Source: Octopus sinensis
Lineage: Eukaryota
Direction: 5' to 3'
DNA: 64,000 nt
Assembly: GCF_006345805.1 (NCBI RefSeq)
Contig: NC_043022.1
Location: 21,824,001-21,888,000 of the forward strand
Shown here in pieces: positions 37,531 through 50,889 of the stretch. Each line of letters begins with the position of its first letter. The first letter of the stretch is position 1. The notes below the pieces were generated by a model, which saw nothing but the letters and a program-made list of their open reading frames with translations, had not been told where the DNA came from and ran no database searches. Both the position numbers and the translations under genes were made by a program.

Positions 37531-37864
37531 GAGTGTGGTCAGTTCCAGCAGAGCGACAAGACGTGTTGAATTCATGAGAGAGACCACTGATTTCACCGAG
37601 GTAAGGCCTTTTGTATTTCTTTCTCCCGTTGCTTCTTTTTCTGTTGTCCTTTTCCTCCATTACACTACAACAGGTTTAACACAAAATTTCACAGCTCTTT
37701 GTTCTTGTCCGTGTCAAAATCACAGACTACACCGTATATGTGATCACATAAATTTCCCAACTTGCAAAATAAATACAGCAATGTCACTCAGTATGCTTCC
37801 TCATGAAGGCCATTGTTAGCTCTCACTGTGCATACAACTGTGTACTGTCATTTGTTGGTGCGTT

Positions 37865-38207
37865 ATAGAACAAGTCCAGGAAGTTTTTGATACCACTTTG
37901 TATTTATAGCCTTAGCTAACTGCTTCTCCATTTTAATGATGCCAACTCCACTTCCACTTCCCAACTGGCGGAAACGTGCGGGCGGGCAGCTGAAGACCTG
38001 GGTTACAACGATCAAGGAGGACCTCTCTGTGCTCACCGGACTGCAGGTGGTCGGCCTGCACTGATGGAACCGTGACTGGCTTGCTATTTCCAGTGAACTG
38101 GCACAGGACCGTTGTGCGTGGGCTGCCATGGTTCGGGATGCCTCGAGGGTGGAAGAAGAAGCCGACTCAACCCGCCCAGGGTGAATGTCGCCATAAGTAC
38201 AAGTAAA
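37865..38207 (+). mobile_element. RTE-like LINE 3' end (AAGT tail)
   Basis: LPLPNWRKRAGGQLKTWVTTIKED; reverse copy at 40820-41110. Confidence 0.75.
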
Positions 38208-38327
38208 TGTGTGTGTGTGTGAAAGGAAGTGTTTTGCTCAAGAACATAACACATTGCCTGATCCTAAAATTGAAACCACAATCTGGTGGTTGTGAGCATA
38301 AGACTTAAACCATTGTACCCTTGTATA

Positions 38328-38717
38328 GGCACAGGAGTGGCTGTGTGGTAAGTAGCTTGCTTACCAACCACATAGTTCCGAGTTCAGTTCCACTGCATGG
38401 CATCTTGGGCAAGTGTCTTCTGCTATAGCCTCGGGCCGACCAAAGCCTTGTGAGTGGATTTGGTAGACGGAAACTGAAAGAAGCCAGTCGTATATATGTA
38501 TATATATATATGTATGTCTGTGTTTGTCTCCATAGCATTGCTTGACAACCGATGCTGGTGTGTTTACGTCCCCATCACTTAGTGGTTCGGCAAAAGAGAC
38601 CGATAGATTAAGTACTGGGCTTACAAAGAATAAGTCCCGGGGTCGATTTGCTCGACTAAAGGCAGTGCTCCAGCATGGCTGCAGTCAAATGACTGAAACA
38701 AGTAAAAGAGTAAAGAG
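38328..38717 (+). mobile_element. SINE family A, full length
   Basis: Same consensus. Confidence 0.88.
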
Positions 38718-39459
38718 TTAACATAATATACACGCAGCAACTTCTGTTTAAAGAGTGGTCCTTTGAATTACAGTTACAAACTACCCAAGCGACTTCATAG
38801 AGTTTCCATCCATCTAATTTCACTCCCAAGGTGTGGGTCAACTGGCAGCTATGGAGGTGAAGCTGGTATATACTTGGCTGAGGCAGTTGACCTTAGGATT
38901 GCTGATCCGCATGACCTTTCCTGATTTTTTTAGCCATATTTGAGTCTTGCTATAAATAGAACAATGAGTAAAGATAAATTGTTAGAAAGGAAAGATGAAT
39001 AACCACAGAGAGAGAGAGGGAAACGAAGAAAGAGAGAAAGAGACAAGGAAGGAAAGAAATAGAAAGTGAGAGAGAAAGAAAGAGAGAGAACTGCAAAGAA
39101 AAAGAAAAGGTGAGAAAGAGAGAAGAATCTAGATCTAGGTGATGATTCCATTATTTAGTATTTAGTTCTTCTACAGCATCTGAGGACACAGACACATGCA
39201 ATCACAAGACAAATGACATGCTTGACATATCCACAAAAACTAGGGAAAGCTCAAGTGTTATATATATATATATATATTCCACTTTTTCACCCTTACTTTG
39301 TTTTGTTTAATATCCTGTTTGAGAGCTCTGGTTTACCGGAACTGGTAGGATGCCTTCCATTCTTTTACTTACTTCCTGCAGTGGTTGTTGAACTCTTATT
39401 TTCTTCCCTGTCAGATCTTTAAAATATTTTTATTTATTATTTTTATGCACCCTTTCCAA

Positions 39460-39712
39460 GCCTAGCCATGTGTTCCTCCCAGCTGGACGGGACGCCAGTC
39501 CATCGCAGCATTACTCAAGAAACAGGAAGAAAGAGTGAGAGAAAGTTGTGGCGAAAGAGTACAACAGGGGTTGCCCCCCCCCCTGCCAGAGCCTCGTGCA
39601 GCTTTAGGTGTTTTCGCTCAATAAACACACACAACGTCCGGTCTGGGAATTGAAACCACGATCCTCCGACCGCGAGTCCACTGCCCTAACCACTGGACCA
39701 TTGTGCCTCCAC
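39460..39712 (-). mobile_element. SINE family C head with tail type C
   Basis: Reverse of ggaggcacaatggtccagtggttagggcagtgg; tail shared with 20950-21090 and 44335-44420. Confidence 0.7.
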
Positions 39713-40054
39713 TTTAAAATATTATTATAATTTTTATTTAGACAGTAAGCTGGCATGTTCAGATAGTGCTTTTTATGTGCCACCGGCATAGGTATCCAAC
39801 TACAATTTCCATTTGATTTTTATTTGATGTTGATGTGCTTGACTCAATAGGTCTCCTCAAGCACAGCAGGTCACCCTATGAGCCAAGGTAAGCACAGTAG
39901 GCCATTCTGCGATCCAAGGTACTTTGGATAGGCTGGGGCTGCTATGTGAAGCTGGTGCAGGAAACATCCATGAACTCACGTTATTTGTCGGGTCTTCGCA
40001 GTCACAGCATACCTCCAGAGATATAGATTGACAATTTCTGTTTTATAATATTTC

Positions 40055-40494
40055 GGATCTTTTCGGTTTGAACGGCAGTTTTTTCTAGCGGTGTCATATG
40101 AAATTGTCACCCATAATTATGACCCTAGTATTGATCTATTGCATTTCAATCTGTTTTAGGGTTAGGGTTAGTTAGGGTTAGTGTTAGGGTTAAGGGTGGG
40201 GGGAAGGGTATCTTTTTTTTCTTCAGAAATGTAAATAAACCCAATCTGTTTCTTAAATGAGGCACATATTCATACGGCACAGAATGTTTTCACCTCAATA
40301 GATGTCATTGATTGATTGAAATTGCAGAAATTGAAGAAAAAAAACAACAAATATCTTACAAACTATAGAATTTTCTCAATAAAGCCAAGAGAAAAAGATG
40401 TTTTATAAACACATTCTACCAGTATACGAAGTTTAAAAGTGTTTAGTTACGTGGAAATTATTTTTAAAAACTGCCGTTCAAACCGAAAAGATCC
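40055..40494 (+). mobile_element. Merlin-like MITE, TSD AATATTTC, internal TTAGGG run
   Basis: TIRs as at 7541; TSD 40047-40054 and 40495-40502. Confidence 0.87.
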
Positions 40495-41854
40495 AATATT
40501 TCTTCAAACATTCACAAGATTGTTATTGTTTATGTTCAGTCTTATGCAAGGATTCTTTTCTCTCCAAATTCAGGATATTTTTTCAGTGTTTGAAACTTCT
40601 GATGTAAAATACATAGAAATGTAATAAACCTCAATTTCCTGTTTATTGTCTTCCTTGAAACATTTGTGCTTCTTGATCTCTTTAGTACCTGCTGTTGTTG
40701 TGCATGGAGATTCTTTTAGAAGGATTTGTCCTGTTGGACCTCCAGCCTCATATTGCTGGGAAGGTTTAAACCAATAGCAAACTTTTCCCCCCTTAATTGG
40801 TTCTTCTCAGGGTGGTGTACTTACTTGTACTTGTGGCGACATTCACCCTGGGCAGGTTGAGTTGGCTTCTTCTACCACCCTCGAGGCATCTTGAACCATG
40901 GCAGCCCACGCATGACGGTCCTGCGCCAGTTCCCTGGAGATAGTGAGCTAGTCATGGCTCCATCGGGGAGGCCGACCACCTGCGGTCCCGTGAACACAGA
41001 GAGGTCTCCTTGATCTTCGTAACCCAGGTCTTCAGCTGCCCGCCTGCGCGTTTCCACCATTTGGGAAGTGGAGTTGGGAGAAGGACATCACGGTTCAGTT
41101 CACCCACCGGACGCCTACATGCATGGCCAAACCACTGCAAGCGCCGTTGCAGAAGGACAGATGGAAGGGGCCGCAGAGACAGGCAAAGTCGGAGATTGGC
41201 GGTGGGAACTCGATCCACCCAATGGCAGGGTGGTGTGGCCTTTGTTCACCCAGGCAATGATCAATCCAGTATAGATTCTGCTTTGTTGTTGTTAAGACAT
41301 GAGAAGTTTTTAAGTAAGGCCCCACAGAGACTGGTATTTTTGATGTAACACTATCTTTGATAGGTTGTTCATTGTGGCTCAAAGAGGCCTATTTACATTT
41401 AGATGAGGCAGGCTATTTCACACTAGTCACCATCCCAGTAAGATGCTCCATGGGGGTTCTATATTAGACTTTCTGTATCAAAAACATAATGTCTTCACCA
41501 TGGCGATGACTGATGAGGCCTATATAGGCCAAGAATCCTTTCCCACATGTAAGTTACAAATGGAAAGGTACAGTACTTTGAGTATTGGCAGCACTAACTT
41601 TGTTGAATGAGCACATCCTCTCATCTGCACTTATTCTGCTTTCCATTGTCTAGGTATCAGTGTGAATCCAATTATGGTAGACCTGCCAGTTGGGATGAGC
41701 AGCTCTCAGGAGTCGACAACAATGTTGGGGTATTTTACAGATACCTTTAGGCAATCCTTAAAACACTTCTTTTCACATTGCCTTTGTGGTTGTCAGCTGC
41801 CTTGCCACTGGCTGAAGAATTTCTAACTAGATTTAGTAACATAGTCCAGTTTAC

Positions 41855-42254
41855 GGATCTTTTCGGTTTGAACGGCAATTTTTAAAAATAATTTCCACAT
41901 TTTAAACTTCATATACTGGTAGAATGTGTTTATAAAACATCTTTTTCTCTTGGCTTTATTGAGAAAATTCTGTGGTTTGTAAGATATTTGTTGTTTTTTT
42001 TCTTCAATTTCTGCAAGTTCAACCAATCAGTGACGTCTATTGAGGTGAAAACATTCTGTGCCATATGAATATGTCCCTCGTTTAAGAAACAGATTGGGTT
42101 TATTTACATTTGTGAAGAAAAAAAGATACCCTTCCCCCAACCCCTAACCCTAAAACAGATTGAAATGCAATAGATCGATACTAGGGTCATAATTATGGGT
42201 GACAATTTCATATGACACCACTAGAAAAAACAGCCGTTCAAACCGAAAAGATCC
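41855..42254 (-). mobile_element. Merlin-like MITE, TSD CAGTTTAC
   Basis: TSD 41847-41854 and 42255-42262. Confidence 0.87.
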
Positions 42255-42449
42255 CAGTTTACTTACATTTGCAGCAAGCGGACATAGAGGGAAAACCATG
42301 CTGTTTAACTCTTTTGTGAGTAAATAGTGGACAATTGTTTCATTCTAAAATCAACTTTGTTGTCCATCACAGGCAGCAACATAAATGATAAATTACAGAA
42401 TAAATAAACACTCAGAAACAAGGAATTAGTCCATTGTATCAATTAGTCA

Positions 42450-43235
42450 AGGCGGCGAGCTGGCAGAAACATTAGCACGCCAGGCGAAATGCGTAGCCAC
42501 ATTTCGTCTGCCGTTAGGTTCTGAGTTCAAATTCCGCCTAGTTCGACTTTGCCTTTCATCCTTTCGGGGTCGATAAATTAAGTACCAGTTACGCACTGGT
42601 GTTGATATAATCGACTTAATCCGTTTGTCTGTCTTTGTTTGTCCTCTCTGTGTTTAGCCCCTTGTGGGTAGTAAAGAAATAGGTATTTCATTTGTCTTTA
42701 TGTTCTACGTTCAAATTCCGCCGAGGTCAACTTTGCCTTTCATCCTTTCGGGGTCGATATATTAAGTACCAGTTACGCACTGGGGTCGATATAATCGACT
42801 TAATCCGTTTGTCTGTCCTTGTTTGTCCTCTCTGTGTTTAGCCTCTTGTGGGTAGTAAAGAAATAGGTATTTCGTTTGTCTTTACGTTCTGAGTTCAAAT
42901 TCCGCCGAGGTCAACTTTGCCTTTCATCCTTTTGGGGTCGATAAATTAAGTACCAGTTACGCACTGGTGTCGATATAATCGACTTAATCCGTTTGTCTGT
43001 CCTTGTTTGTCCTCTCTGTGTTTAGCCCCGTGTGGGTAGTAAAGTAATAGGTATTTCGTTTGTCTTTACGTTCTGCGTTCTAATTCTGCCGAGGTCAACT
43101 TTGCCTTTCATCCTTTCGGGGTTGATGAATTAAGTACCAGTTACGCACTGGGGTTGATATAATCGACTTAATCCGTTTGTCTGCCCTTGTTTGTCCTCTC
43201 TGTGTTTAGCCCCTTTGTGGGTAGTAAAGAAATAG
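42450..43235 (+). mobile_element. SINE family B tetramer (184-bp units), 14-bp TSD
   Basis: One head plus four bodies; gtatcaattagtca at 42436 and 43236. Confidence 0.88.
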
Positions 43236-43773
43236 GTATCAATTAGTCAGGTAGAGATCTATTATGTAAAAAATTAAAGAAAACTTATTTGTACACTGTT
43301 TTGTAGTAGTAGTAGTAGTAGTCGTAGTCATCTCTTCTCTTTTGTCTGAACTGTGTGTGTGTGTGTGTGTGTGTGCATGTGTACATGACCAAGTGAATTG
43401 GGAGGCAGAAAGTGAATAGTAGGCTAAAAAAAATGTGATGAGGATAAAAAGAGGAAATCATATCACAGACATGACATGGAGTAGGGATGGTGGGGGTAGT
43501 GGTGGGAGAATTTGAAGGATTGGTCCTGGGAACTGTGATGTTTAGATGTTTGTTGTGAGGCAATGTTATTTTGTTTATTGTAATGTTTTAAGTGGAAAGA
43601 AAGAGAGAGAGAGAGTGAGTGGGGGAACTAGATCACATTGCACTGTGTGATCTTTATCCAAAATAGACAAATAAATTTGGATGATGTGTCATCAATTTGG
43701 GCGGCTGGAAAAAATTCCTGATGCTGAAGTTTTTTTAGAAGAAACCTTTTGAGAAATCAGTGTCAGAAATTGT

Positions 43774-44172
43774 GGATCTTTTTGGTTTGAACATCTGTTT
43801 TTTCTAGCAGTGTCATATGAAATTGTCACCCATAATTATGACCCTAGTATCGATCTATTGCATTTCAATCTGTTTTAGGGTTAGGGTTTCTTTTTTTTCT
43901 TCAGAAATCTAAATATACCCAATCTGTTTCTTAAACGAGGGACATATTCATACGGCATAGAATGTTTTCACCTCAATAGACGTCATTGATTGGTTGAAAT
44001 TGCAGAAATTGAAGAAAAAAACAACAAATATCTTACAAACTATAGAATTTTCTCAATAAAGCCAAGAGTAAAAGATGTTTTAAAAACACATTCTACCAGT
44101 ATACGAAGTTTAAAAGTGCTTAGTTACGTGGAAATTATTTAAAAAAAACTGCCAGTCAAACCAAAAAGATCT
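43774..44172 (+). mobile_element. Merlin-like MITE, TSD GAAATTGT
   Basis: TSD 43766-43773 and 44173-44180. Confidence 0.87.
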
Positions 44173-44936
44173 GAAATTGTATTCATTTGAAAATTGAGCA
44201 AGAATTCAATATACTTCTGCATCATCTGTTTTATGTTTTTAATGTTTTATTGCAATTAGATTGATATCATTACTACATTACATTATGGTTCATGTGACTA
44301 TATTGTTATTAATAAATAAAAATAAATGTGCCCTTTTAAAGCCTAGCCAGGCTCATGGGCCTGGTTTCCCGGTTTCAATGGCGTATGTGTTCCCCAGCTG
44401 GATGAGACGCCAGTCCATCGCAGCGTTACTCATTTTTGTCACATGAGTGGACTGGAGTAACGTGAAATGAAGTGTTTTACTGAAGAACACAATGCATCGC
44501 TCGGTTCAGGAATTGAAACTATAATCTTACGATCATGATGCTGACACCCTAACCATTAAGCCACGCGCCTCCACATATTGTTATTAGATCTATATTATTA
44601 TTTCATTAAATTATCATTACTATAATGTTTTTAGAATATAGGTTGTCAAGCGATCTTGGGGGACACACACACACACACAAACATATATACATAGATACAT
44701 ACATACATATATATACCATGGGCTTCTTTCAGTTTCCGTCTACCAAATCCATTCACAGACTCTATTTGTAATGTCTTCCTCAGCTGGTTGATTTTTTTTT
44801 TTCCTGAAAATCCAAGCTTATCTATACTGAGAGTTAAGCTTTTATTTAGAAAACCAAGTTCACTAATCATTATTAGCATAAATGTAAATTTGTGATCCAG
44901 ATATAGAAGCTGGCGGTTTTGAAGCAATTGTCCATA

Positions 44937-45364
44937 GGCGCAGGAGCGGCTGTGTGGTAAGTAGCTTGCTAACCAACCACATGGTTCCGGGTTCAGTCCC
45001 ACTGCGTGGCATCTTGGGCAAGTGTCTTCTGCTATAGCCCCGTGCCGACTAATGCCTTGTGAGTGGATTTGGTAGACGGAAACTGAAAGAAGCCTGTCGT
45101 ATATATGTATATATATATATATATAAGTGTGTGTGTATATGTTTGTGTGTCTGTGTTTGTCCCCCTAGCATTGCTTGACAACCGATGCTGGTGTGTTTAT
45201 GTCCCTGTTACTTAGTGGTTCGGCAAAAGAGACCGATAGAATAAGTACTGGGCTTACAAAAAGAATAAGTCCCGGGGTCGAGTTGCTCGACTAAAGGCGG
45301 TGCTCCAGCATGGCCACAGTCAAATGACTGAAACAAGTAAAAGAGTAAAAGAGAGAGTAAAGAG
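44937..45364 (+). mobile_element. SINE family A, full length
   Basis: Same consensus. Confidence 0.88.
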
Positions 45365-45469
45365 TCATTTCTTTTCTTTGACTTTCAAAGAGATATTCAC
45401 ATCAGTAGGACAGCTGACCTCTATGACGGTACATAATTTTTCTTGTCTATATTGTTATTAGAATTTTGG

Positions 45470-45860
45470 GTTGGCTGAAAAGTTCATACGAGGATCAAGA
45501 TACTCTCATGGAATGTGACCTATGAGACTTATTTTTCAACATGGTTTTCCTTGTGGTTCACACACTTCTTCCATCAATGTTGCAATGTTTAGATCCCATT
45601 TAGAAAGAAGTCAACAAAATTGATATGATGTCATAGCCAAGTTGTTTTTTCCTGTTGGGGAAGAGATAATAATCAGATGGAGCCAAATCAAGTGGATACG
45701 GACGGTAATCAATCAGTTCAAAGCAAGTCTCACACAGCTGCCATTGAAGCAAAGGATTTATAGACTGAAGCATTGTCCTGATGAAACAAGACCCCATTCA
45801 TCAGTTTTCCAAAGTGTTGATAGCCTTTTGTAACTGCCTCAGTAAGTTGGCATAGTACTC
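45470..45860 (-). mobile_element. mariner transposase C-terminal relic
   Basis: YRPYPLDLAPSDYYLFPN, the decayed YSPDLAPSDY motif. Confidence 0.7.
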
Positions 45861-46279
45861 TCCACTGATGGTGTGATCCTATCTCGTATTTTTGCGATTA
45901 AAATTTTTTCATCTTCCCCGCTTCTTCATAAATTTTAAAATTTCGATACCTTTTTAAAACTCTTTTTTCATTTTTAATAATAGTTTTAAAATATTGACAG
46001 TCCGAATATGCCATTTCTTTCATCATCATCATCATCATCATCGTTTAACGTCCGCTTTCCATGCTAGCATGAGTTGGACGTGTGACTGAGGGCTAGTCAA
46101 CCAGATGGCTGCACCCGGCTTCAGTCTTGATCTGGCGGAGTTTCTACAGCTGGATGCCCTTCCTAACGCCAACCACTCCGAGAGTGTAGCACCTTGGGCA
46201 AGTGTCTTCTACTACAGCCTCAGGCTGTCCAAAGCCTTGTGAGTGGATTTAGTAGACAGAAAATGAAAGAAGCCCATCG

Positions 46280-46319
<40 letters not shown>

Positions 46320-46324
<5 letters not shown>

Positions 46325-46580
46325 TTTATTTAAAGCAGCAGAAAATTCAACAAAACCTGTTACTCTGAGTTTCACGTTGCCGTTCATCGGACAGTTTTTG
46401 CTAGAATAGAACCGATATCGGTTCTATTCTAGCAAAAACTGTCCGATGAACAGCAACGTGAAACTTAGAGTAACAGGTTTTGCTGAATTTTCTTCTGCTT
46501 TAAATAAAGCATATTACTCTACCACTGGTATTTGAGTACTCTTTTTTCCACCTTGTTTCACATTTATGTGTTTACTCCCG
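46320..46580. ncRNA. Palindromic Penelope-like repeat with two type I hammerhead motifs, inserted in the (TA)n of a SINE A
   Basis: 97-bp arms around gat|atc (46416/46417); ctgt-CCGATGA-acg(gcaa)cgt-GAAAct(cag)aGTA-acag on the minus strand, mirror on plus. Confidence 0.7.
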
Positions 46581-48406
46581 TATATATATATATGTGTGTG
46601 TATATGTTTGTGTGTGTGTCCCCCACAAGATCGCTTGACAACCGATGCTGGTGTGTTTACGTCTCCGTAACTTTGCGGTTGGTTTGGCAAAAGAGACCGA
46701 TAGAATAAGTACTAGGCTTACAGAAAATAAGTCCTGGGGTCAATTTGCTCGACTAAAGGCAGTGCTCCAGCATAGCCACAGTCAGATGACTGAAACAAGT
46801 AAAAAAAGTTAAAGAGTATAGTTGTTTAAGGTGGCAAGCTGGCAGAATCGTTAGCATGCTGGACAATATGCTTAGCAGCATTTCATCCAGCCTTGCGTTC
46901 TGAGTTCAAATTCCACCAAGGTCAACTTTGCCTTTCATCCCTTTCAGAGTCAATAAAATAAATATCTATTTCTTTATTGCCCACAAGGGTCTAAACATGG
47001 AGGGGACAAACAAGGGATTAAGTCGATTATATAGATCCAGTGTGTAACTGGTACTTATTTAATCGACCCCTAAAGGATGAAAGGCAAAGTCGACCTTGGC
47101 GGAATTTGAACTCAGGACGTAACAGCAGACAAAATATCGCTAAAATAAATATCAGGAGAACACTAGGGTCATGTTACTTACCCCTACCCCGTTCCCTCGA
47201 AATTGCTGGCCTTGTGCCAAAATTTGAAACCATTGTTCTTGTAGGTTGTGGTGGTGTGTTAGGAATAGTGGTGATGATGACGTGATAATGATGATGATAA
47301 TGGTAAAGGAGTTGGGGAGAGAGGGTTGTGGTGATGACAATGGTGTTGGTAGTGTGGTAGTGTGATACATAATACTGCTTTTGTTGTTGTTATGGTGGAG
47401 GTCCTCACACTGGAGTGAGTGTATTGTTAAGAATTGGAGGGAGATGGTGACAGCAGAAGCAATATAAATAAGTTAATGGGAAGTCAGTCATGAGTCAGTC
47501 TCATACACTTGATACAAACCCTGCCCCCTTGATAGTGGGGATAGGGTTAAGTAACAATCCACTGTCTCTGTATCTGTCCATCTCCACCACCCCAGACATC
47601 ATTTACGTCCATATTCATCTCTCTCTCTCTATCTTATGTGGTTTGTGGGGTCAACCGTGTCCTCTGCTTCATTTTTTGTTAATCACTCATTCTCATGACC
47701 TCTCTTTGCAAATACCATAAGGGCACAGAAAGTGTGCCTAAAGCCAGCTGGAGACGATGATCTCCTGGGGCCAAAAGCTACAGTAACACTCACCCTTAGT
47801 GGTTAGCCATATTGAGATGGCTAGTATACTTTACGTTCTCATTTAATTGTATGTATTTTAATTGTCTGTTTATTCATACGTTTCGTCTCATTCGATACCT
47901 TGACCCCCAACGTTTGTTTTGTCTGTCCCCGTATTGTCCCCTCTTTTTCTTACTCAACCTTATGGTGAAAAAAGAAATACTCTCTCTCTCTCCCTCTTTC
48001 ACTCTTTGAGTAATGATCCCCACGAAGGGACACGTAGGATCCAGCAAGAGTAGAAGCGGGAGGGAAGAAAACAAAGGGAATTGATTTGTCATCAAAACGT
48101 GTGGGCATGTTTTGATAACTACTACTATTACTACTTACTACTGCTATTATTGCTACAACTACTACTATCACTCCTACTGCTGTCATTGGCACCACTACCA
48201 GCATCGCTACTACAGCTGCTTTTGTTTCTCTCTCAGGTGTCTGCTAATTCATTTTAAACATTATCCCTAGGCAGATTTGTAAATGTAAGTTATTTCCCCT
48301 TATATAAACAACAGACCGTAAAATTTCACCCTTAAAATAGACTTTCTTAACCTCTTATCTCTATTTCTTCCCTTTACTAGTCCACCACCCTGATTCCTAC
48401 CACATA

Positions 48407-49270
48407 CAGCGGTTGGACAAAATAATGGAAACACCTTAAAGTTTCAAACGAATTTATTTTAATATAGGGTAGAGCCACCTTTGGCAATAATTACAGCTTG
48501 AATTCTACGAGGTATGGACACGTACAAAGTTTGAATTGTTTCCAAAGGAATTTTTGTCCATTCTTCAGCTAAAACAGTCTCCAGTTCTTGCAGTGTTGAT
48601 GGTGGAGGATATCGACTCCTTACTTGTTTTTCTAAAATGCACCATAAATGTTCAATAATATTGAGATCTGGGGACTGTGGTGGCCACATAAGATGTTCAA
48701 CTTCACTAGAATGTTCCTCGTACCATTCGGTAACAACTTTAGCTGTGTGAATTGGTGCATTATCATCCTGAAATATTGCGTTTCCCTCCAGAAACAGTTC
48801 CACAACTATAGGATGAATTTGACCAGATAAAATGCTTAAAAAGTCTTGACTATTAATTCTGCCATGTAGGGAAACCATTGGGCCAGCAGATTTCCAAGCC
48901 ATAGCCCAACAGATCATCACAAATCCTCCTCCATGTTTAACAGTTGGAAGAAGACAGTCTGGGTCAAATGCTTCTTTGGGCTGTCTCCACACATATACTC
49001 GGCCAGTGGTCAGAAATAAGGTAAAGGATGACTCGTCTGAGAAAATAACATTCTTCCACTGCTCTAGGGACCAATTCTGTCGGTTTTGACTCTACTCTAA
49101 ACGCTTTGCAACGTTTGTTTTGAAAGTAGTGGTTTTCTGATTGCAGCCCTCCCATAAAATCTGGCTTTGTACAGCTCCCAATGAACAGTTTTTGTGGAAA
49201 CTGGATTCTCGAGGTGGTCATTAAGCTCTGCAGTAATTTTAGGAGCTGTACTTTTGTGATCCTTTCTAAA
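48407..49270 (-). mobile_element. Tc1-like transposon fragment, DD36E transposase
   Basis: TA plus TIR cagcggttggacaaaataatggaaacacc; FSDES, FQDDNAPIH...PQSPDLNIIE; truncated by a SINE A. Confidence 0.9.
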
Positions 49271-50384
49271 ATTCACTTAATTCAGTCATTTGACTGTGGC
49301 CATGCTGGAGCACCGCCTTTAGTCGAGCAAATCGAACCCAGGACTTATTCTTTGTAAGCCTTTTACTTATTCTATTGGTCTCTTTTGCCGAACACACCAG
49401 CATCAGTTTTCAAGCGATGTTGGGGGGACAAACACATACACACAAACACATACACACATCATATATATATATACACGATAGGTTTCTTTCAGTTTCTGTC
49501 TACCAAATCCACTCACAAGGCTTTGGTCGGCCCGAGGCTATAGTAGAAGACACTTGCCAAGGTGCTACGCAGTGGAACTGAACCCGGAACCATATGATTC
49601 ATAAGCAAGCTACTTACCACACAGCCACTCCTACGCCTATTATATTTCACAGTATACTGTGGATATATGGCATATCAAAGGTGGTGAAAAATTTCTTCAG
49701 CAGAAGAAGGAAGGGCATCCAGCTGTAGAAACTCTGCCAGATCAGACTGGAGCCTGGTGCAGCCCCTGGCTTCCCAGACCCCGGTCGAACTGTCCAACCC
49801 GTGCTAGCGAGGAAAACAGACGTTAAACAATGATGATGATGATGATGAAACGGCAGCTAACATAGTCCAGACTGTTATATTTTGTGGCCCAGCAGAAGCT
49901 GGCAACACAACAGTGAATTTCAACCAAACCGTTTTGCACACATGACTGCCAACCATACAGCTGATGTTAACTGAATTTGTGGTGTACAAGAAGTACATGT
50001 GAAATTGAATATATTTTGAGTGGACAGAGCTTGCACAGAACTACTCCATTTCTTGACCATAGAGTATTTCATTGGTTTGATATATGGAATGACAAGTCCA
50101 AGAGCTTCAATAGTCCCAGGCTTTTATTTCAAAATTTACCATCTCCTAAACTAGTTATCTAAATCAAGCTGAAGAGTCCAGTCTACACAATGAGTCATAG
50201 ATAACTAATAATATGGCTTTGGTAAGAAGACTCTCAACAACCAGAGACCTGATGTTATATCAGAGTTACATCAGTCATCAAATGATGATATTCAATAAAG
50301 AAAAAATAAAATGATGACAATAACAGAATTTTGTCAGTGAACAGGTTGAGGTCTCAAAGCAACGAAAATATTTTGGCAAAAAAA

Positions 50385-50742
50385 TCAAAATCGATCAACA
50401 TCAATGGAAATTGAAGCTGCGATACCAGTGCCGGTGGCACGTAAGAGAACCATCCGAACGTGACTGTTGCCAGCGCCGCCCTGACTGGCTTCCGTGCCAG
50501 TGGAACGTAAAAAGCACCATCCAATCGTGGCTGTTTGCCAGTCTTGTCTGGCATCTGTGCAGGTGGCATGTAAAAAGCACCCACTACACTCACAGAGTGG
50601 TTGGCGTTAGGAAGGGCATCCAGCTGTAGAAACACTGCCAGATCAGACTGGGCCTGGTGCAGCCTTCTGGCTTCCTAGACCCCAGTCGAACCGTCCAACC
50701 CATGCTAGCGTGGAAAATAGACGTTAAACGATGATGATGATG
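50385..50742 (+). mobile_element. RTE 3'UTR copy interrupting a Penelope-like repeat (50326-50870)
   Basis: Host sequence (family of 1555-1753) resumes after the (GAT)n tail. Confidence 0.7.
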
Positions 50743-50889
50743 TTGAAGTGAATCTAATGGTTCTTGTGTGTTTCTTAAATGGCTTATAAACACCTTCCAC
50801 ACTGCAATTGTTTTCGTTCCAGCACACAATCTCAGATCAGATTACTTTCTATGCAAGTACATTTCCATAAAGTGATGATGTCCAATAAA

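Noticed and set aside
41300-41830. Possible decayed LINE RT
   Set aside because: Only a faint KYPNIVVDS-like remnant; too weak to annotate
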